From Dehalococcoidia bacterium (lineage in GTDB: Bacteria > Chloroflexota > Dehalococcoidia > Bin125), in contig OY820591.1 in the NCBI GenBank assembly GCA_963555985.3, positions 2,688,001 through 2,752,000 of the forward strand: a DNA stretch of 64,000 nt. The letters run 5' to 3'. The stretch's first letter is position 1. Each line of letters starts with the position of its first letter. Below are positions 47,234 to 56,375 of the stretch, piece after piece. Under the pieces are notes generated by a model that saw only the letters and a program-made list of their open reading frames with translations, was not told the DNA's origin and did no database searches. The position numbers and the translations under genes were made by a program.

Positions 47234-48592
47234 CTAGCCGCCCGCCTCGACCAGCTCGGCGAGTTTGCTTGGAATCACCTGCGAGTCCGGCGGACGCTCC
47301 ACCGATTGCAGCCAGGCATAGATGTCCGCGATCTCTTCGTCGCTGACCTGATCCGGCGGGAAGGCGGTCATCGCCTCCAGCGGCATCCGGTACTGCTCAA
47401 CCACGCGCTCAAGCGATACGATCGTCTGCGCGATCGTCGGGCCGACCAGACCCTCGCCGCGGTCGCCGTGGCAGACGTTGCAGCCGAGCGAGAAGAAGAG
47501 ATCCTGGCCATTGACCGGATTGCCGACTGCGCCCTCTTCCAATTCGGCCTCTTCCTCAGCCCCGAAATCGCCCTCAATCGGCTCTGCCAATTCGGGCGTC
47601 TTGGCTGCGAACCAGTCCTCGTACTCATCCTGCGACAACGCGCGCACAGTGAAAATCATGCGCGCGTGGTCGCGGCCGCAGAACTCCGCGCACTGGCTCT
47701 TGAAATCGCCCGATTCGTTCACCCGCACCCACATCGTCTGCACACGGCCTGGCACCGCATCGAGTTTGTAGAGGAATTGCGGCGTGTAGAAGGCGTGCAG
47801 AACATCGGCGGAGGCGATGTTGAAGCGGATCATCTGCCCGACCGGAACGGTCACGATCGGGGTGTTGTCCGCCGCCTGCATCCGGCCCTCGGCTTCCGTA
47901 TCAGTGCCGTTGAAGACGCGCATCACAGATGATCCGGCCCGGTGCGGGATCGCGACCGTTCCGTTCACGGCGCGCTCCACGGTGACCACATCGCCTTCGC
48001 GCGAACGCACCCGCATGTGCTCGACGCCCAGCTTCAGGGTCATAAAGGGTTGCACCAGCGACGGATCGCTCAGGATCAGCTCGGTCTCCTCCGGGTTGTT
48101 CGAGAGGCCCTCTTCCAACTCCGTGCCCAAGGGCACTGCGTAGTTGAACGCCCACGCCCACTGACGGCCTTGCACGTCGATCTCGGTAACGGACTCTCCC
48201 GGCTCGGCGGCGGACTGCACGTCTTCCAGCACCACCAGCGAGCCGATGAACAGAGCCACCACGATCACCAGCGGAATTCCCGTCCAGAGCACCTCCGCAG
48301 TGGTGTTATGCCCAACCTGGGTCGGCAGTTCATCGTCCGACTTGCGCTTGTAGCGGAAGACCACCCAGAGGATCATCGCCTCGACGATCACGAACACGGC
48401 CACGCCGATGCCTAGCACGACGAAGAAGAGGACGCGGATGTCGTCGCCCTGATCGGAGACGGCGGGCGGCAGCGCGACTTGCCCGACTGCCCAGCCGGAA
48501 ACGCCAAAGAGCGCCAGCGCGCAGGCTCCGATGACCAGCGTCAACCGACCGATCCGCGTTCGCCAGAGACGTTGATAAGCCCTCACGCGCAC
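47234..48592 (-). CDS. ctaC: Cytochrome c oxidase subunit II with C-terminal cytochrome c
   Basis: EVLWT, QWAW, DVLHAF, CAEFCGRDHARM (CuA), CNVCH. Confidence 0.93.
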   Translation of the reverse strand: MRVRAYQRLWRTRIGRLTLVIGACALALFGVSGWAVGQVALPPAVSDQGDDIRVLFFVVLGIGVAVFVIVEAMILWVVFRYKRKSDDELPTQVGHNTTAEVLWTGIPLVIVVALFIGSLVVLEDVQSAAEPGESVTEIDVQGRQWAWAFNYAVPLGTELEEGLSNNPEETELILSDPSLVQPFMTLKLGVEHMRVRSREGDVVTVERAVNGTVAIPHRAGSSVMRVFNGTDTEAEGRMQAADNTPIVTVPVGQMIRFNIASADVLHAFYTPQFLYKLDAVPGRVQTMWVRVNESGDFKSQCAEFCGRDHARMIFTVRALSQDEYEDWFAAKTPELAEPIEGDFGAEEEAELEEGAVGNPVNGQDLFFSLGCNVCHGDRGEGLVGPTIAQTIVSLERVVEQYRMPLEAMTAFPPDQVSDEEIADIYAWLQSVERPPDSQVIPSKLAELVEAGG

Positions 48593-48610
48593 GCCCCCTT
48601 AATCAACCGG

Positions 48611-49765
48611 CTAGCTCGCGCCCGAGTCGCTGCCGGCCATCACCGGCGCATCCTCGGCCTCGTGGTGTTCGTCGTCGTGAGACGGTTCCTCGAAGTCCGA
48701 AATGTCCTCGAAGAACCAGCCCACGCCGCCAAAGATGATCAGCGTAATTCCCGCACCCAGCGCCGCCGTCGTGAAGACCGCCCCGGCCGCGGTCAGAATC
48801 AGGCCGGCGGCGAAGATGATCGGCGACAAACTCGGCGGCGGCATATGCACGCCCGGCGGCGGAGTCGATTCGGGCATCACCGCGAGCGGGTGCTGGCGAA
48901 ACTCCGCCGGCCCGCCCGCCTCGTAGTAGCCCATGTCTTCCATGAACCAGCGCAGCGCCGAGAGCACGATCAGCGTGATCCCCACGCTCAGCATCTCGGT
49001 CACGAAGATCGCGCCGGCCGCAGTCGCGATCAGACCCAGCGCAAACAGGATCGGAGCCAAGCTCGGCGGGGGGAGATGATCGGCGTTGGAGCCGTGTCCG
49101 TGGCTGTCCGCGCCGTGCTCTTCATCCTCCAGTCCGGAGGGCAGCGCGAGGGTCGCCGGCGCGTCAACGACCGGCGCGGCCAGCGCCGGTACATCGCCGC
49201 TGCGCGAGGCCGGCAGCGGCTGGAGATAGGCGTCGACGACCTGCTTGCGCTCGTCGCGGTAAGCCATCGGCTTCAGGGCGGAGGGCAGCAATGCCGCGAT
49301 CGGTTTGAACAGGTCGGGACCGCTGTAGGCCTCTTGCAGATCGATCCCGAATCCGGCCGGACGCTGGCGATAGGTCATCAGCCGATAGAGCTTGACCCCG
49401 TTCACCCGGCAGAGCCGCATCGCTCGTCCGGCCTGACCCATCGGCACGTACAAGACCAGTGGGGCGGCTCTCGCGATCGGGGCCCAGCGTTCTACGGCGG
49501 TTTCGTTCGTGACCTCGTGCGTGAGCGCCAGATCGGCCGCAACCGCGATGAAGTGGCCGGGCTCATCAGTGACCACGATGTCGGGATAGAGCCAGCCGGC
49601 GGTTCGACCGCCGCGCGACAGCACCTGCACACCCAGTTGGCGCTCGGGGAAGTTCAGCGCGACTTCGCGATCGGGGTATTCCTCGTTGGGAAATGCGTAC
49701 CGCGCCTCAGCGATCTGCTGAAGCACCGTACCCCGCTTCTGGCGCGCCGATTCGAGCGTCGGCAT
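48611..49765 (-). CDS. Membrane protein: soluble N-domain plus two HxPPPS-TM-TM repeats (oxidase subunit IV-like)
   Basis: HLPPPSLAPI.. and HMPPPSLSPI.. repeats; directly upstream of ctaC. Confidence 0.65.
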   Translation of the reverse strand: MPTLESARQKRGTVLQQIAEARYAFPNEEYPDREVALNFPERQLGVQVLSRGGRTAGWLYPDIVVTDEPGHFIAVAADLALTHEVTNETAVERWAPIARAAPLVLYVPMGQAGRAMRLCRVNGVKLYRLMTYRQRPAGFGIDLQEAYSGPDLFKPIAALLPSALKPMAYRDERKQVVDAYLQPLPASRSGDVPALAAPVVDAPATLALPSGLEDEEHGADSHGHGSNADHLPPPSLAPILFALGLIATAAGAIFVTEMLSVGITLIVLSALRWFMEDMGYYEAGGPAEFRQHPLAVMPESTPPPGVHMPPPSLSPIIFAAGLILTAAGAVFTTAALGAGITLIIFGGVGWFFEDISDFEEPSHDDEHHEAEDAPVMAGSDSGAS

Positions 49766-49867
49766 CGTGCCTGCAACCCTCTCGCTCTCAGCCCTGCCCC
49801 GTGCCAGGGCGCGGGCGTGGATCGATCCTAGCCGCCTCCGGCGACAGGGGCTATCCCCCAGCGTGGA

Positions 49868-51043
49868 TTAGGACAACGAGCGCGGCTCCTGATTGATGGG
49901 GATGTAGCGCGGACGGTAAATCGCCACCCCGCGACCGCCCCGGGCGCGCGTGCGTTCATCGACGATCTGCGCGCCGATGCCGGCAATCCGCGACCAACCG
50001 AACAGCGTCGTGTAGTAGTCCGGATCGGTGAAGCCGAGTGCGTTGACCAGGCTGCCGGAGATCAGGTCTACGTTCGGGTAGGGGTTGGAGACTTTCGGAT
50101 TCTCGCTCAAGGCGCGAATTCCGCCCGCGCGCACTGCCTTGACCACCTTGAACCAGTGATCGTCCGGGCAGAGCTCTTCGCCCACGCCCAGCTGCACCTT
50201 CGCGCGCGGATCCTCCTGGCGCAGGACGGCGTGGCCGAAACCGAAGATCAGTCCGCCTCCGGCCAGACGCTCTCTGAGCATCTCGTAGGCCTGCTCCGGA
50301 TCTTCGGTATCAACCTCTTTCACCATCTTGAAGGCGTCCTGATTGGCCATCCCGTGCCGTGGACCGGCCAGTGCGTTCATTCCCGACGCCATCGAGCGGT
50401 ACATATCGGCCAAGCCGCTCGCCACCGCGCGACCGGTGAAGGTCGAGAGGTTGCCGCCGCCGTGATCGGCGTGCAGGTTGTAGTAGACCGAGAGCAGCCT
50501 GGTCAGCGCTTCCTCGTCGCCGTCGGGCATCCCCAGCATGTGCACGAAGTTATTCACGTAGCCGCGCACGGGCTCGGAGGCAATCAGCTCGCCCCAGCCC
50601 TCGCGCAGACGGAAGATCGCGGCCAGCGCCGTGGGAATTCGGGCGACCAGATTCAGCGCATCCTCGTAGTAATCATCGGTCTTGCCGGTCATACCCAGAA
50701 TCTGGATCGCGGCGCAGAACAGATCCATCGGATGCCCCGACATCGGCATAGCCGCGATCGCGGCCATCGCCTCCGGCGAGACCTCGGAGCGCTCGGCGAT
50801 ATCGTCGGCGACCGCCTGGCGCTGCGCGTCGGTGGGCAGCGCCTTGTTGAACAGCAGGTGGATGATGTCCTCGGCCGGCAGGAACGCCAAATCCGCGATC
50901 GGATAGCCGACGTAGGAGACGCCTACCTGCGGATCGACGTAGCTGGTCTCGCACGTGCCCACGGGATAGCCGCGCAGGCCCGTGTCGAGATTGGCGTTGG
51001 TGATCGTGAACTCAATCTGCGGTACGTCTGCCACCCGCTTCAC
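49868..51043 (-). CDS. gltA: Citrate synthase
   Basis: HADHGGGNLS, LAGPRHG.AN, GFGHAVLR, PNVD, RPRY. Confidence 0.9.
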   Translation of the reverse strand: MKRVADVPQIEFTITNANLDTGLRGYPVGTCETSYVDPQVGVSYVGYPIADLAFLPAEDIIHLLFNKALPTDAQRQAVADDIAERSEVSPEAMAAIAAMPMSGHPMDLFCAAIQILGMTGKTDDYYEDALNLVARIPTALAAIFRLREGWGELIASEPVRGYVNNFVHMLGMPDGDEEALTRLLSVYYNLHADHGGGNLSTFTGRAVASGLADMYRSMASGMNALAGPRHGMANQDAFKMVKEVDTEDPEQAYEMLRERLAGGGLIFGFGHAVLRQEDPRAKVQLGVGEELCPDDHWFKVVKAVRAGGIRALSENPKVSNPYPNVDLISGSLVNALGFTDPDYYTTLFGWSRIAGIGAQIVDERTRARGGRGVAIYRPRYIPINQEPRSLS

Positions 51044-51086
51044 CTTCCGGGCACAGCGCGGCAGCCGGGGCCGCGCTCAACTTGAC

Positions 51087-52055
51087 TTAGCCGTGCACCG
51101 CGCGGACGCGGAAGCGCATGGTCCCGCGCGGCGCTTCGATTTCAACATCGTCGCCGACTGATTTGTTCACCAGCCCGCGCCCCATCGGGCTTTCGATCGA
51201 GATCCGGCGCGCCGCCGCGTCGACCTCCGTCGGCCCAACCAGAGTGTACTCGGCAATACGACCGCTGCCCTCGCCCTGTTCGTCCACCTGCTCCACCTGC
51301 ACGGTGCTGCCCAGATGCGCCAAGCCCGTCTCCACCTCGCGCTTCACGTCCGCGTGCGCGATCTGATACTCGAGCTCCGCGATCCGCGAACGCAAGCGTT
51401 CTTGGTATTCGCGCGCCGCCTCCAGGGGCGCGTTCTCGCGGATGTCCTTGTCCTCCCGCGCCGCTGCTACCGCCGCCACCGCCAATGGCATCTCCGCCAG
51501 GTGGCGTTCCAACTCCGCCTTCAGTTGCTCGAGACCGTCCTCGGTCATCTGGAAGCGCTCGGCCTCCTCATGCTGGACCTGCGAATCGTCCTTCGCCCCC
51601 GCCGAGCGCTTGATCCGCAGGTGATTGCCGAGGTTCTCCTCCGTGTACCCGCGCTGCTTCCAGCAGTAGCGGAGGAATTCCTTCACCGGCTGCAAGCGTC
51701 CTTCAATGTCGGTCGCGTTCTCTCCCACCGTCTCCTGAAACACCGCCATCCCGTACGGCTTCAACTCCGCGATCGGCAGATACGGAGTGAAATGCGAGAC
51801 AAAGCGAGTCACGGCGACGCGGGCGGCCTCGTCGAACGGCGGCGTCGCCTTCGAGCTCTTAGTCGCCACTGCCCCGTTCGAGCGGCGCTTCTGCCGCTGT
51901 TCCTCACGCTTCGCCGCCCACTCGAAGTACTCCGATGCGGCGGCGCCCACGGTGACAACCGCCGACTCCGGCTCAGGCGCGGGCGCGTCGACCGGCTCGA
52001 GTTCGCCTTCGACGACATCGTCCCCAGCGTCAACAGCGGGTGATTCCGATTCCAT
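51087..52055 (-). CDS. greA: Transcription elongation factor GreA with N-terminal extension
   Basis: MTEDG..L..EL, DIRENAPLEAARE, IS.ESPMGRGL. Confidence 0.88.
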   Translation of the reverse strand: MESESPAVDAGDDVVEGELEPVDAPAPEPESAVVTVGAAASEYFEWAAKREEQRQKRRSNGAVATKSSKATPPFDEAARVAVTRFVSHFTPYLPIAELKPYGMAVFQETVGENATDIEGRLQPVKEFLRYCWKQRGYTEENLGNHLRIKRSAGAKDDSQVQHEEAERFQMTEDGLEQLKAELERHLAEMPLAVAAVAAAREDKDIRENAPLEAAREYQERLRSRIAELEYQIAHADVKREVETGLAHLGSTVQVEQVDEQGEGSGRIAEYTLVGPTEVDAAARRISIESPMGRGLVNKSVGDDVEIEAPRGTMRFRVRAVHG

Positions 52056-52259
52056 GACGCGATCCTCCCCGTGCGTTCGGCGTCCGCCGTACGGCGTCGC
52101 GCCGGCTCGATCTCAGCCGTCGCTGATCGCACGCGGACGGCACCGCCTCACCGACGGCCGCCGCCAACTCATGCTATCAGCGCCATGCACGCGCACTAGA
52201 CGCTTGCCGCATCCCGCCCGGCGCGTACCTCCATCCTAAGGCCTATCCATCACGATCAG

Positions 52260-52312
52260 GCTCCCCCTGGGGCGATGCCGTAGGCAGAGGGGGTGAAAAC
52301 GCCGCAGTCCCT
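52260..52312. repeat. Family A hairpin remnant
   Basis: GCAGAGGGGGTGAAAACGCCGCA shared with ~23863. Confidence 0.7.
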
Positions 52313-52401
52313 CTCAGTTGCGCAGCGTCTCACCCCCTCAGCCACCCACCCGCCACTGTCAACCACAGCACACCCAGTCACCCACCCGGCACCGAATCGT
52401 T

Positions 52402-52635
52402 TACCATGAATCGAACAATGGTTTCGGTGACGATCCCGTCCCCTTCCCGCCTGACCGAACCCGAACAAGGCTGGACAAACCTGTTCAGATCTGTCCAGAT
52501 CTGAACAAGGCTGAACGCCCTGAACAGCGTTCAGCCCAGCCAGCACTGGAGATCCGCAATCTGACCCGCCAAAATTTTTTTCTCTCTGAACACCCCTCTT
52601 TTTTTCCTGGCCCGCCCCGGGAAGATTTTTTTCCG
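52402..52635 (+). repeat. GAAC-rich element (family C)
   Basis: TACCAT, GAACaatgGTTT, CTGAACAAGGCTGAAC, CACTGGAGATC, TTTCTCTCTGAACACC. Confidence 0.75.
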
Positions 52636-52662
52636 TCCCGCGCCGAGCGGATCCTCGCCGCT

Positions 52663-53349
52663 CTGACCGACGCTCACCTGCGCCACCTGCTCGCCCCCAA
52701 TCCCAACCTCCACGACCACCTCGCTCAGTGGCTCGAGGCGCTGCTGGCCAGCCCCCGCAACCTCACCGCCGTCCGAGAGCCCGAGCTCGCGCTTGCCAAA
52801 CACATCCTCGAACCGCTCAGCGGCTGGAACCGGATCCTCAACGCCGATCTGCCCGTGCCCCACGGCCCACTGATCGATATCGGCTCCGGCAACGGAGCGC
52901 CCGGACTGCCGATCGCTTTGGCCGAGCCGCAGCGCCGCGCCCTCCTGCTGGACTCACGCTCCGGCGCAGTCGATTTCCTGAGCAAAGCGACAGCGGCGCA
53001 CCCTCGTATCCAGACCCGCAACGATCGCGCCGAGTCGGCTGCGAGCGGCGCGCTCCGCGAGCGTTTCGCGGTTGCCGTCAGCCGCGCTGCCGCGCCCCCG
53101 CCGATCGCACTCGAACTCTGCCTTCCACTCCTCGATCTAGGCGGCCTCCTCGCCGCCTGGACCGGATCGCTGGACGACGCCCAACAGCAACAACTCATCG
53201 AAATCGCCGACACGCTCGGCGCGATCGTCGCTCCCATCGATACCGCCCCGGACATCTTCGTCGCGCTCAAGTCGCGCCGCACGCCTGATACCTATCCACG
53301 CCGCTGGACTCAGATCCGCCGCGCCCCGCTCGGCAGCGGCCGTAACTGA
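52663..53349 (+). CDS. rsmG: 16S rRNA m7G527 methyltransferase (start uncertain)
   Basis: NLTAV, KHI, DIGSGNGAPG, RAE, SRA, TP.TYPRR; no nearby ATG/GTG, in-frame CTG at 52663. Confidence 0.8.
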   Translation: MTDAHLRHLLAPNPNLHDHLAQWLEALLASPRNLTAVREPELALAKHILEPLSGWNRILNADLPVPHGPLIDIGSGNGAPGLPIALAEPQRRALLLDSRSGAVDFLSKATAAHPRIQTRNDRAESAASGALRERFAVAVSRAAAPPPIALELCLPLLDLGGLLAAWTGSLDDAQQQQLIEIADTLGAIVAPIDTAPDIFVALKSRRTPDTYPRRWTQIRRAPLGSGRN

Positions 53350-53384
53350 CCGCAGAACCACCTTGCGTCTACCCTCAATCCACG

Positions 53385-54893
53385 ATGTCCGCGCTCGCTA
53401 CTCAGATCGACCCGCGCCCCTTCCGCCGCAACATCCCCGTCTACTACATCTTCATGGCCTCGACCGGGTTCATGATCTTCCTGCCGGTCTGGATCATCTA
53501 CCTCACCGACCACCGTGGCATGTCCTTAACCACGGTCGGAATTATGGAATCACTCTTCTGGCTGACTATCGTCCTGGCCGAAGTACCGACCGGTGCGGTC
53601 GCCGACCGCTTCGGCCGCCGGATCTCGCTTGCGCTGGGCGGATTCCTGTTCTTCAGCTCGATGCTCGTCTTCGCCATCGCCGACACCGTGACGCTGCTGT
53701 TGATCTCCTACCTGATCATGGGTGTGAGTATGACGCTCTACTCGGGCGCCAGCCAGGCCCTGCTCTATGACACGCTGCGTGTGCTTGGCCGCACCAACGA
53801 GTTTGAACGGCATATGGGCCGCTCGGAGGCCGGCTCGTTCTTCTTCATGCTGCTCGCCTCCGGTCTCGGCGGCCCGCTCGTCGCCCTGATTGGCTACACC
53901 CCCACGATCCTGCTCTCCTGCGCCTTCTTCCTGACGGCGGCCTGCACCGCCCTGATGCTGCGTGAGCCGCCCCGCAAAGAGTCCGACTACCTCCCCGACC
54001 CGCTGCACGCGCAACCGGCGAGCCGCCACGATCTCACCCAGCGCCGGCGCGAATCCGAATCCGGCAGCGCCGGGATCCCGGTCTTCAACGAGATGTTCCA
54101 CGGCATCCGGATCGCCTGGCGTACCCGCCCGATCCGCTATGTGATCCTGCTCGCGGCGTTGATGCTCGCGGTGATGCAGATGCCCGAATTCCTGGCCCAG
54201 CCCTACGTTCGCTCGCACGGGATCGATCCGGCAGAGAGTCTCGCTCAGGGCGCGATCTTCTCGGGCCTAATGATGCCCGCCCAGCTCGGCGCGGTCATCG
54301 GCCTGTTCTTCGCTGCGTCACTCGTGGGACGCCTCGGCGAGCGCCGCGCCTTCCCCACCTTGCTGCTCACCGGCGGCATCCTGCTCGTCCCGTTGATCCT
54401 CTGGAACCATCTCGGCCTGGTCGGCGTGATCATGCTCGTCAGCGCTGCCCGCCACGCCGTGCGACCGATCGCCACGGGCTACATCAACCGCCGCATCCCC
54501 TCCGACCAACGCGCGACGGTGCTCTCGGTCCTCCAGCTGATGGTCGGCGCGACGATGGCCTTGATGTTCGTCAGCGTCGTGCCCACGGCCGACTTGGCCG
54601 GGTTCCAGAGCGCGTTCGGTCTGGCGCTCGCGATCCTGGCCGGAGCCGGATTCACGTTCTGGTTGATCTGGCGGTTGGCGCACCGACGCGATCAGTCCGA
54701 GCGCCTACAGCGCTGGTCCCTGACGATCGCTGCGCCGCAAGCTGCGATCACCCCTGCCAACGGAGCGAATCACACGAAATCCGTCAGCCGGAATCGCATA
54801 ACGCAGCCGCATTCCGGCCAACCTCTGTACCCCGGTTTGCAGAACGGTGAGGGCGAAGCGCAGCAGCGCGATCCAGCCACTCACTACGATTAA
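53385..54893 (+). CDS. MFS transporter (paralog 1 of 5)
   Basis: EVPTGAVADRFGRR, IPSDQRATVLS, ~12 TM. Confidence 0.92.
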   Translation: MSALATQIDPRPFRRNIPVYYIFMASTGFMIFLPVWIIYLTDHRGMSLTTVGIMESLFWLTIVLAEVPTGAVADRFGRRISLALGGFLFFSSMLVFAIADTVTLLLISYLIMGVSMTLYSGASQALLYDTLRVLGRTNEFERHMGRSEAGSFFFMLLASGLGGPLVALIGYTPTILLSCAFFLTAACTALMLREPPRKESDYLPDPLHAQPASRHDLTQRRRESESGSAGIPVFNEMFHGIRIAWRTRPIRYVILLAALMLAVMQMPEFLAQPYVRSHGIDPAESLAQGAIFSGLMMPAQLGAVIGLFFAASLVGRLGERRAFPTLLLTGGILLVPLILWNHLGLVGVIMLVSAARHAVRPIATGYINRRIPSDQRATVLSVLQLMVGATMALMFVSVVPTADLAGFQSAFGLALAILAGAGFTFWLIWRLAHRRDQSERLQRWSLTIAAPQAAITPANGANHTKSVSRNRITQPHSGQPLYPGLQNGEGEAQQRDPATHYD

Positions 54894-54935
54894 TTGAGCT
54901 TTCCGAGCCGACCCTCTCCCAGCCAGCCACGACGC

Positions 54936-56375
54936 ATGAGCGCTCTCACTTCCGCGCCGCCCGGCGACACACGCAAGGGCTACGCGCGCAACATCCCGAT
55001 CTACTACCTCTTCCAGTTCAGCTCTGGATTCTTGATCTGGGTGCCGATCTGGATCGTCTTCCTGATCAACGAACGCGGACTCTCGCTCACCCAAGTCGGG
55101 ATCATGGAAGCCTGCTTCTGGGGCTCAATCGTGATCGCCGAAGTCCCAACCGGCGCGATCGCCGACCGTTGGGGGCGGCGCATCTCACTCGCGCTGGGCG
55201 GATTGCTGTTCTTGATCTCGACGCTGATGTTCGCCACCCTTGAGGGCTTTGCTGCGCTCGCATGTTGCTGGATCGTGATGGCAATCGCCATGACCCTCTA
55301 CTCCGGCTCCGGGCCGGCCCTGCTCTTCGACACGCTGCGCCAGCTTCGACGCAGCCGCGAATACGAACGCCACTTCGGTCGCGCGCAGGCGCTGGCGACC
55401 ACGGCAATGCTCGCAGCCACTCTGCTCGGCGGGCCCTTCGCTGCCCTGTTCGGACTCCAGGCCACGATCCTGATCGGCGCAGGCAGCATGGGCGTCGCCG
55501 GGCTGATCGCACTGCTGCTGCGCGAACCGCCCCGGCGCGAAGCCGAATTTGAACACGACCTCTTCGCGCGGCCGGTCGGCTCCGGCGATCTCGCCGAGAG
55601 CGGATCAGCCCCCGCTGTCTTCCAGGAAATGCTGGTCGGCTTCCGGATCGTCTGGCGCAACCGCCCCATCCTCTGGATCATTCTCTTCGCCGCGCTGATC
55701 TTCGTCGCATTCCAGATGCCGAACTTCTTCATCCAGCCCTTCCTGCTCTCGTTCGGCATCGATCCGGCTACCGACCTCAGCCAGGGAGCGCTGTTCTCGG
55801 CGCTGATGGTGCCGGCATTGGTCTGCATGATCCTGGGCGCCCTACTTGCTGCCCCCCTCGTTGAGCGCCTCGGCGAACGCCGCGCGCTGCCGATCCTGCT
55901 GATGGTTGGATGCGCGATCCTCGTGCCGATGCTGTTCTTCAATCATCTCGCGATCATCGCGCCGATTGCGGCGCTCGCCCTGCTCCACTCCGCCGTGCGA
56001 CCGATCGCCACCGGCTACATCAATCGCCGGATCCCCTCCGATCAGCGCGCGACCGTGCTCTCGATCTACGAACTCGGCTATGGCGCGCTGATGATGTGCA
56101 TCGTGCCTGTGGTCAGCGCCTCCGCCGACATCATCGACTTCCGCTTCGCCTTCGGCGTCTCACTGACCGTCTTGCTCACGATCGGCGTCGCCCTCTGGCT
56201 GACCTGGCGCAGAGCCCACCGCCGCGCCCAGAGCGATCTCGTGCGCAACCTCAGCCTGCGCCGAGCGCCGCAGGCCGACGGCCTCTGGCCGTCCGCCAAC
56301 GGCAGTTATGGCAACGGCGTCGGGGCCGCCGCGCCAGCGCCAGTCCCCGCCACCAGCAGCCGGGATCGCATATGA
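54936..56375 (+). CDS. MFS transporter (paralog 2)
   Basis: EVPTGAIADRWGRR, IPSDQRATVLS. Confidence 0.92.
   Translation: MSALTSAPPGDTRKGYARNIPIYYLFQFSSGFLIWVPIWIVFLINERGLSLTQVGIMEACFWGSIVIAEVPTGAIADRWGRRISLALGGLLFLISTLMFATLEGFAALACCWIVMAIAMTLYSGSGPALLFDTLRQLRRSREYERHFGRAQALATTAMLAATLLGGPFAALFGLQATILIGAGSMGVAGLIALLLREPPRREAEFEHDLFARPVGSGDLAESGSAPAVFQEMLVGFRIVWRNRPILWIILFAALIFVAFQMPNFFIQPFLLSFGIDPATDLSQGALFSALMVPALVCMILGALLAAPLVERLGERRALPILLMVGCAILVPMLFFNHLAIIAPIAALALLHSAVRPIATGYINRRIPSDQRATVLSIYELGYGALMMCIVPVVSASADIIDFRFAFGVSLTVLLTIGVALWLTWRRAHRRAQSDLVRNLSLRRAPQADGLWPSANGSYGNGVGAAAPAPVPATSSRDRI

Noticed and set aside
55910-56371. Extended N-terminus of MFS paralog 3
   Set aside because: Overlaps paralog 2; homology starts at ATG 56372
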